Source: Pseudodesulfovibrio piezophilus C1TLV30
GTDB lineage: Bacteria; Desulfobacterota; Desulfovibrionia; Desulfovibrionales; Desulfovibrionaceae
Assembly: GCF_000341895.1 (NCBI RefSeq)
Contig: NC_020409.1
Location: 1,080,001 to 1,112,000 of the forward strand
Direction of reading: 5' to 3'
DNA length: 32,000 bases
Below the pieces are notes generated by a model. The model did no database searches, was not told where the DNA came from, and worked only from the letters and a program-made list of their open reading frames with translations. Positions 26,089 through 32,000 of this stretch are shown one piece after another (the first letter of the stretch is position 1; every line of letters starts with the position of its first letter). Position numbers and translations under genes: made by a program.

Positions 26089-26232
26089 CTACAATAAAAA
26101 ACGATACACACCGACCTCATAGAGCCGACTGACATTTCTGGCCACTCCAATGGAAAATCCGATCCGACGTAATCGGCAGAAAATATGGAGCGGGTTCAAT
26201 ACATGCTGACAATAATCACGAATATGTTTCAT
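26089..26232 (-). CDS. Possible small protein (47 aa)
   Basis: The sequence is MKHIRDYCQHVLNPLHIFCRLRRIGFSIGVARNVSRLYEVGVYRFLL. GAGGG lies 7 nt upstream of this ATG. The track ORF is longer (to 26280). No family is recognised and the coding status is uncertain. Confidence 0.3.
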   Translation of the reverse strand: MKHIRDYCQHVLNPLHIFCRLRRIGFSIGVARNVSRLYEVGVYRFLL

Positions 26233-26342
26233 GGTCATACCCTCAGACGCATGGTTGTTCACTACTGAACCCAAATGCAATCAATATGCCTGAAACCATA
26301 AATTCAATAACAATCGTCCCTTCAACATTTTTTTTGGTGAGC

Positions 26343-27131
26343 ATGGAAAATTCTGCACGAAAATGTCATTCTTTTACCCCGATTTCAAAACAAAAAATCG
26401 GGGAAGATTTTCCATTCACCCTTGCGGCACCGTCCTTTGTCATTCCTGCGGGTGCAGCGGAAAACGCCCGTTTTCTCGCAGATTTCTTTTCCGAGATAGG
26501 CCTTCTCTTTTTTGAAACAGAAGCCTGCCTGAAGTATTCTGAAGCTGACCTTCCACCGGACCTTGCCAGCCTGCCTATTTCCTGGCACGTTCATCTTCCA
26601 CTCGACCTCCCTTGGGATAAGGGAATTGCAGCGGTATGGGACATTCTTTCGAAACTTTTAGATAAAGCGGCTTTCCTCTCTCCACGAACCTGGGTTCTGC
26701 ATCCTCCCACACAACCCAATCTTCTCGTACCTCTTGCTGATCGCTTCCGGGCGTATGGTCTTGATCCAATTGATATCCTGCTGGAAAATGTTGAGGAAAC
26801 CAACCTTGCAGCCCTCTGGCCTGAAGCACGCAGCGCAGGCTACTCCACCTGCCTGGACCTCGGCCATATCATGGCCTACAATCAGTATCCCCTTTTGGAG
26901 TTAGATGGCCTATGGGAGTCCACACGGATGCTCCACATATACGCCCCTATTCACGGAAGTCGACACACAGGCTTGACTCATCTCGACGAGGAAGGCAAAG
27001 CACTTCTTCGGTTGATGCTCTCCAAATTTCGCGGTGACACCGTCACTTTGGAAGTTTTCGATGAAACTGAAATATTTCAGTCTATTGAGACCCTCATCCG
27101 CTGGATGAGCCAATGGAGCACGCAAAATTGA
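26343..27131 (+). CDS. cbiR: Xylose-isomerase-like TIM-barrel protein, probable cobamide-remodelling phosphodiesterase CbiR
   Basis: The 3' end overlaps cobU by 19 nt. The His/Asp/Glu pattern (WHVHLP, VLHPP, LENVEE, CLDLGH) is compatible with the AP-endonuclease-2 / xylose-isomerase-like fold. The function is inferred mainly from the cobU linkage. The frame is open from 26286. Confidence 0.5.
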   Translation: MENSARKCHSFTPISKQKIGEDFPFTLAAPSFVIPAGAAENARFLADFFSEIGLLFFETEACLKYSEADLPPDLASLPISWHVHLPLDLPWDKGIAAVWDILSKLLDKAAFLSPRTWVLHPPTQPNLLVPLADRFRAYGLDPIDILLENVEETNLAALWPEARSAGYSTCLDLGHIMAYNQYPLLELDGLWESTRMLHIYAPIHGSRHTGLTHLDEEGKALLRLMLSKFRGDTVTLEVFDETEIFQSIETLIRWMSQWSTQN

Positions 27132-27637
27132 TTACTTTTGTCCTCGGCGGTAACAAATCCGGGAAATCTGACTTTGCGCTCGATTTATTGGGCAAGCGGC
27201 CTGATCCGGCACTTTTTATAGCTACTGGCAAGGCAAAAGACCTCGACTTCAGAGAACAAATCCGACAACACCGCATAAGCCGCGGCCCGGAACTAGAAGT
27301 CATGGAGGTTTGCGAAGACTTGCCTCAAGCGCTCAGACACGTTAAACTGAAATTTCCTTCTGTGTTGGTCGACAGTCTCGACTATTGGCTTTTTGAATGC
27401 CGAAATGCAGGATGCGAAGACGATAAGATTCATGAATTTATTGCTTTACTGAACAATTGGACTGATACTGATTTGATACTGGTCTCATGTGAGACAGGGC
27501 TTGGACCACTGCCTGTAGGGCGTGAAGTCCGTGCTTTCATTCGGAGTCTTGGTGCACTGAACCAAAAAGTGGCCAAAGCGGCAGACCAGGTTTTTCTGAT
27601 TACCGCCGGACTCCCGATAACCCTGAAACAGGGATAG
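27113..27637 (+). CDS. cobU: Bifunctional adenosylcobinamide kinase / adenosylcobinamide-phosphate guanylyltransferase
   Basis: 174 aa. The P-loop is VLGGNKSGKSDFA. The conserved His region is REQIRQHRISR. Confidence 0.88.
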   Translation: MEHAKLITFVLGGNKSGKSDFALDLLGKRPDPALFIATGKAKDLDFREQIRQHRISRGPELEVMEVCEDLPQALRHVKLKFPSVLVDSLDYWLFECRNAGCEDDKIHEFIALLNNWTDTDLILVSCETGLGPLPVGREVRAFIRSLGALNQKVAKAADQVFLITAGLPITLKQG

Positions 27638-27640
27638 TTT

Positions 27641-28636
27641 GTGGCACTATTCAAACAGCTGGACAGTCAGGTAGAACAACTCCTGAGCCTGTTCAACAAA
27701 GAAGACAACTGGCTGATCGCTATCAACGCCGATCCCGATGCACTCGGCTCGGCGCTTGCGCTGAGACGAATCATGGCCCGCAAGGTCAATAACATCGCCA
27801 TTGGCCAGATCAACGAGATCAAGCGACCGGACAACCTGTCCATGATCCGCTACCTGCGAATCCCCACCCAGAAACTCATCCCGAACTTGGCAGCACAATA
27901 CGATAAATTCGCCTTGGTGGATTCCCAACCTCACCACAACCCAGAATTCAAGAACTTCGAGTTTTCCGTGGTCATTGACCACCACCCGATCTCGCAAGAA
28001 AATCTTGTATGCGCCGACTTTGTGGACATCCGTCCCAAGTATGGCTCAGTCTGCACCATGATGACGGAGTATCTTTACAACATGAAGATACGCCCGGCAA
28101 AACTCCTTGCAACAGCACTCATGTACGGCATCCGGTGCGACACACGAACATTTGAGCGAAAATTTATTGATGCAGACATGTCTGCATTCAAATATCTCAG
28201 TAAGTTTGCCGACTCCAAGCTCATGAACCGCATCAGTCGAAGCGAATTCCATCTTGACTGGATGCGTTATTTCTCTCGTGCATTTTATAATCTGCGCCGG
28301 GTCGGGCAAGGGCTGTTTGCCCATTGCGGGAATGTGGAAAACCCGGACATCCTTGTCATTGTCGCTGATTTCTTCACTCGAGTTCACAATGTGCCATGGG
28401 TTGTTGTCTCCGGTACTGCTGACGACAAACTGGTCTCCATATATCGGGGGGACGGCTTGCGGCGCGATATGGGACTAATGGCGCAAAAGCTGATGAACGG
28501 ACTGGGGAGCGCCGGAGGCCATAAACAGGCTGCCCGTGCCGAAGTTGAACTGACAGACCTTGCCGGAGAAGATCCGGAAATCTTCATGCTCAAGCGACTC
28601 GGCCAAGGTACAAAGAACACCATTCGCCGAATCTAG
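27641..28636 (+). CDS. DHH/DHHA1 family phosphoesterase (NrnA-like oligoribonuclease / pAp phosphatase)
   Basis: GTG start 3 nt after the cobU stop. Motifs are NADPDALGSALAL, VIDHHP and the DHHA1 motif AGGHKQAARAE. Confidence 0.85.
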   Translation: MALFKQLDSQVEQLLSLFNKEDNWLIAINADPDALGSALALRRIMARKVNNIAIGQINEIKRPDNLSMIRYLRIPTQKLIPNLAAQYDKFALVDSQPHHNPEFKNFEFSVVIDHHPISQENLVCADFVDIRPKYGSVCTMMTEYLYNMKIRPAKLLATALMYGIRCDTRTFERKFIDADMSAFKYLSKFADSKLMNRISRSEFHLDWMRYFSRAFYNLRRVGQGLFAHCGNVENPDILVIVADFFTRVHNVPWVVVSGTADDKLVSIYRGDGLRRDMGLMAQKLMNGLGSAGGHKQAARAEVELTDLAGEDPEIFMLKRLGQGTKNTIRRI

Positions 28637-28658
28637 ACCACCCCAAACAGTCTTTACC

Positions 28659-28700
28659 AGGCCGACGAGGACAGTTTTTCGTCGGCCTGTCTTGTTTGTT
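28659..28700 (+). terminator. Rho-independent terminator after the DHH gene
   Basis: 10-bp stem AGGCCGACGA / TCGTCGGCCT. It is followed by GTCTTGTTTGTTTCTTG. Confidence 0.6.
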
Positions 28701-28769
28701 TCTTGCGCTCTTTTCACAGGTCCAGTAGCTTTCTTCTTATCCTCATCAACCGACAACCACTATACACTT

Positions 28770-31430
28770 ATGTCCCTCAAAGAACGCCTCAATCTCAATA
28801 CGGAACCCGTCTATCTCATTGACGGGACCGCGCTGCTCTATCGCGCTTTTTATGCTCGCACTGACCTTTCCCGCTCGGATGGATTTCCTACTAATGCCAT
28901 CAATACAGTCCTCCGAGTTCTCATGAATATCCTGCGAGATGAAAACCCGACTCATGTCGCGTTTCTCATGGACGGAAAGGGACCGACGTTTCGAAATGCT
29001 CTGTACGATCTTTACAAAGCCAACCGACCATCAATGCCGGAACCTCTGGCACAACAAATAGAGCCGGTTCGAACCGGAGTGGAACTGCTTGGTTTCAAAC
29101 TTTTCATTTCTGACGGAGTCGAGGCGGATGACTGCATCTGTGCTCTTGCGGAAAAATACAAAAGCGAACGGCCAGTAGTGATAATGGCCTCGGACAAAGA
29201 TCTCAAGCAAAGTCTGGACACGAACGTCTTCATGGTCAGTCAACACGGCCGAAATGAAACCATCTACACTCTGGATGGTTTTCGGGAAAAAGAGGGCATG
29301 GAGCCTTCAACATGGCCTGATTTCCAAGCCCTTATCGGGGACTCGGCGGACAACATCCCTGGCATTCCCAAAGTCGGCCCGGTAACAGCACGCAAGATTT
29401 TTGCCGAGACAGGCCCGACTCTTGAAGACCTAAGGGACAACTACACCCGGCTCCCGGACAAACTGCGAGACAAGGTCGAACCGGAACTCGAAAATGTTTT
29501 TCTTTACCGTCAGCTTACCCGCATGAAAACCGATTGCTGTGACATCCCGCTGGAGGACTTCCGAATCAGGCAGCCGGACACAGATGCCCTCCACGCTTTT
29601 CTCGATGAATTTGAACTTCGAGGACTCAAGCGGATGGTTCCGACAAGCAGTGCCAGTGCCTCTCCAGACTCCTCCATTCCTTCCCCAAAGGCCAAGCCTT
29701 CACCATCTGCCAGCAGTGGGATGCTCTCCCTTTTTGGAGACACACCACCCGCAAAACAGGAACCGGAAGCGCCTTTGGTGACACAAGCAATATCCACTCC
29801 GTCAGAGCTTCCAAATTTTGCAGGTGAGGATGTCGGCCTGCTCATGGAGGACACTGGCTTTTTTCTGGGACTCGAAGGCATCGAATATCATTTTACAGGT
29901 TCTCCGGCTGACCTTGTCCGCGCCTTGGCAGATTCCTCGGTCATTGCCACTCCGAGTGTACAAGACCTGCTTCGTGCAGATGAAGCATGGGGCTACATCC
30001 TCTCTTCCCAATGGTTCGACCTCAGTCTGGCCGCCTACCTACTTGACCCTGAATCGCGCAACTACACATGGCCGCGATTGCGTCAATCACTGTACCAGGA
30101 TGGCCGCCCCGAATTCTCCGACGTAACAGCGGACCTGCACCCCCAGGCCAAAGGATGCGCTGCTCTTGCATACATGCGTGGTATACAAGGACAGGTTCAG
30201 AGTGCCGAACTTGTTCCACTCATGCGCGATCTGGAAATTCCACTTATTCCGGCTTTGGTCGGCATGGAAAAGGCAGGTATCGGCATTGACCTCACTTCCT
30301 TCAAGGAGTTTCTTGATGATGTTTCCGGCCAACTCGATAGCCTGACGCGATCCATAATCAATCACGCTGGAGAGGAATTCAATATTCGCTCCAGCCAGCA
30401 GCTTGCAGTGGTGCTCTTTGACACGCTCAAGATCAAGGCAGGGTCAAAAACGGCCACAGGTAAACGCTCCACAGCCAACCAGGTTCTGGAAAAAATCAAG
30501 GATGCCCACCCCATAGTCGAAGATATACTCAACTATCGCATGCTCGAAAAATTGCGCTCAACCTACCTGGAACCACTTCCCAAGCTGGTAGATAAAAACG
30601 CCCGCCTGCATACTCATTTCAACCAGCTTGCCACGGCAACAGGCAGGCTCTCCAGCTCCAAGCCCAATTTACAGAATATCCCTATTCGCGGGAAATACGG
30701 CCCGCGCATGAGAGCCTGCTTCACCGCTTCCGAAGGGAATCTGCTGGCTGCCGCAGACTATTCACAGATAGAATTGCGCGTACTTGCCCACTTCTCCCAA
30801 GACCCGGCCCTGCTTGAAGCCTTCCGCAATGACGAGGATATTCACACACGGACAGCCGCTCTGCTCACGGACAAGTCTCCCGAAGAGGTGCTGCCTGACG
30901 AGCGACGCAATGCCAAAACCATCAACTTCGGGCTTATCTATGGCATGGGAGTTCAGAAACTGGCTCGGGAACTCAAAATAAAACAGACCGAAGCCAAAGA
31001 GTTCACAGAACGCTATTTTGAAAAGCTTTCAACTCTCAAGGCCTATTACGACACCATTGTAAGCGACGCTCAGGAACACGGCTTTGTCACCACTCTTGCA
31101 GGACGTCGTCGTCTCCTCCCCGAACTACATTCCAAAAACACCATGTTGGCCAGTGAAGCACGCCGTCAGGCGGTGAATACAGTTATTCAGGGAACTGCAG
31201 CCGACATCATCAAAATGGCTATGGTCGCTGCCCATACGGACAAGCAACTGGCCGCCCTCGGTGCAAAGCTTATTCTTCAAGTACATGATGAACTGATAGT
31301 GGAAGCCCCTGAAGCACACATTGAAGCTGCTGGTGCTCGCCTTGTTGAAATCATGCAAGATGCAGCCGACCTGGCTGTTCCTCTCAAGGTTGACATGGGA
31401 GTTGCCAAAGATTGGGGCGATGCCCATTGA
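28770..31430 (+). CDS. polA: DNA polymerase I
   Basis: The start is MSLKERLNLNTEPVYLIDGTALLYRAFYA (5' nuclease domain), with H3TH GDSADNIPGIPKVGPVTARKI. Polymerase motif A is LLAADYSQIELRVLAH, motif B is RRNAKTINFGLIYGM and motif C is LQVHDELIVEAP. The track ORF from 28560 runs through the upstream terminator, so I rejected it. Confidence 0.95.
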   Translation: MSLKERLNLNTEPVYLIDGTALLYRAFYARTDLSRSDGFPTNAINTVLRVLMNILRDENPTHVAFLMDGKGPTFRNALYDLYKANRPSMPEPLAQQIEPVRTGVELLGFKLFISDGVEADDCICALAEKYKSERPVVIMASDKDLKQSLDTNVFMVSQHGRNETIYTLDGFREKEGMEPSTWPDFQALIGDSADNIPGIPKVGPVTARKIFAETGPTLEDLRDNYTRLPDKLRDKVEPELENVFLYRQLTRMKTDCCDIPLEDFRIRQPDTDALHAFLDEFELRGLKRMVPTSSASASPDSSIPSPKAKPSPSASSGMLSLFGDTPPAKQEPEAPLVTQAISTPSELPNFAGEDVGLLMEDTGFFLGLEGIEYHFTGSPADLVRALADSSVIATPSVQDLLRADEAWGYILSSQWFDLSLAAYLLDPESRNYTWPRLRQSLYQDGRPEFSDVTADLHPQAKGCAALAYMRGIQGQVQSAELVPLMRDLEIPLIPALVGMEKAGIGIDLTSFKEFLDDVSGQLDSLTRSIINHAGEEFNIRSSQQLAVVLFDTLKIKAGSKTATGKRSTANQVLEKIKDAHPIVEDILNYRMLEKLRSTYLEPLPKLVDKNARLHTHFNQLATATGRLSSSKPNLQNIPIRGKYGPRMRACFTASEGNLLAAADYSQIELRVLAHFSQDPALLEAFRNDEDIHTRTAALLTDKSPEEVLPDERRNAKTINFGLIYGMGVQKLARELKIKQTEAKEFTERYFEKLSTLKAYYDTIVSDAQEHGFVTTLAGRRRLLPELHSKNTMLASEARRQAVNTVIQGTAADIIKMAMVAAHTDKQLAALGAKLILQVHDELIVEAPEAHIEAAGARLVEIMQDAADLAVPLKVDMGVAKDWGDAH

Positions 31431-31460
31431 ATAAGGCTCTTGCCCAAGACTCAAGTCCAT

Positions 31461-31492
31461 AAAAAAAACCGCCAGCCAAGGCGGTTTTTTTT
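31461..31492. terminator. Bidirectional terminator after polA
   Basis: A8-CCGCC-agccaa-GGCGG-T8. A short GC stem is extended by A/T pairs. Confidence 0.7.
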
Positions 31493-31586
31493 ATGGGAAA
31501 AGAAGACAAGAAACTCTGATACCATTGAAATTTCTCTTCGGATATCCATATTTTCTTCCACTCAAAAAAGTGATACGCCCTCCTGC

Positions 31587-32000
31587 ATGAGCTATCTTAA
31601 AGAATTCAGGGCAGCAGCAAGCCGCACCCGAAAACTCGGCCTTGACGATATTGCGATGCATGAAACCCCAATGGCACTTGATCCGAGTCTCCTCAACGCT
31701 CTGGAAGCAACAGGACATATCCCTTTTGCCCAACGAGCGAAGAATGCCTTCAATGTCAATTTCGGCATGTTCCACATGGTGGCCAAGAAATTTCACATCC
31801 CAGGCGCAATCATGACCCTCGGCAATGTGAAAGTTCACGGAGAAAAACGTTTCCAGGCAACCTCCACGAGTTTCAAGGAAATCATCCGCGAGCAATCAGG
31901 AGAAGAAAACATGGGACACTATCACCTCTGGACGACCTTGCCAGGTGGGTATATTCTGGATCATGCCATTCTCCCGGGCTTACAGGCCGACGGCATTATT
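31587..32000 (+). CDS. Hypothetical protein, 3'-truncated by the window edge (138 codons seen)
   Basis: This comes from my own translation and is not in the supplied track because there is no stop codon. The sequence begins MSYLKEFRAAASRTRKLGLDDIAMHETPMALDPSLLNALEATGHIPFAQRAKNAFNVNFGMFHMVAKKFHIPGAIMTLGNVKVHGEKRF...HYHLWTTLPGGYILDHAILPG. It is open to the last base and looks more protein-like than the overlapping minus ORF. Confidence 0.55.
   Translation, partial: MSYLKEFRAAASRTRKLGLDDIAMHETPMALDPSLLNALEATGHIPFAQRAKNAFNVNFGMFHMVAKKFHIPGAIMTLGNVKVHGEKRFQATSTSFKEIIREQSGEENMGHYHLWTTLPGGYILDHAILPGLQADGII

Noticed and set aside
26084-26342. Cobalamin riboswitch upstream of cbiR/cobU
   Set aside because: I looked for a B12 box and the conserved GCCACTG core. 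Only a weak GCCACTC at about 26140 is present, without the surrounding conserved helices. A covariance-model scan would be decisive.
28560-28769. 70-codon N-terminal extension of polA in the track ORF (956 aa)
   Set aside because: It overlaps the end of the DHH gene and runs through the terminator hairpin at 28659-28688. The canonical Pol I N-terminus (MSLKERL...VYLIDGTALLYRAFYA) begins at ATG 28770.
31491-31895. 134-aa minus-strand ORF after polA
   Set aside because: It has a Cys-rich, odd composition and is antisense to a longer open plus-strand frame (31587 to the window end). It is likely a shadow ORF.
1-32000. CRISPR arrays, tRNA/rRNA genes, IS elements with inverted repeats, retron/DGR reverse transcriptases, toxin-antitoxin pairs
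   Set aside because: Visual scanning of intergenic regions and of the ORF set found no repeat-spacer periodicity, cloverleaf-like sequence, transposase or RT motifs. This was eye inspection only, so short or degenerate elements could be missed.

Overview
This is a 32-kb, densely coding chromosomal segment of roughly 50-55% G+C, judged from a few hand counts. I support about 31 protein genes. I saw no rRNA, tRNA, CRISPR array or intact IS element. The gene content suggests the core genome of a Desulfovibrio-like sulfate reducer, but that is inference only. It includes a multi-TM methyl-accepting chemotaxis protein, a DsbA-like oxidoreductase, a LOG / threonine-aldolase / SGNH operon and a GT2 + DUF2064 glycosyltransferase pair. 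It also includes PH-domain, PAP2, ArnT-like and BON envelope genes, a Gfo/Idh/MocA gene divergent from lpxB, and a secreted MsrAB. The rest is a MarR-MFP-RND efflux operon, cbiR-like/cobU/DHH, and polA. The only clearly accessory DNA is a ~1.8-kb low-GC, gene-poor islet (about 3.75-5.58 kb). It is bounded by two strong terminators and carries one intact gene, an AbiV-like HEPN protein with an unrecognised N-terminal module. That gene converges on the 48-codon tail of a decayed recombinase. This islet is my best candidate for a defence or otherwise novel function. It is a single gene, and I cannot confirm the family assignment without profile searches. The second candidate is a 1048-aa fusion of an EndoQ-type PHP/Zn-ribbon nuclease domain to a complete UvrD/PcrA-type helicase, possibly translated from a leaderless mRNA. 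I did not find a multi-gene system that I can confidently call undescribed. Several track ORFs needed shorter starts: polA, MarR, PAP2 and the 205-aa hypothetical. One 3'-truncated ORF at the right edge is absent from the track.
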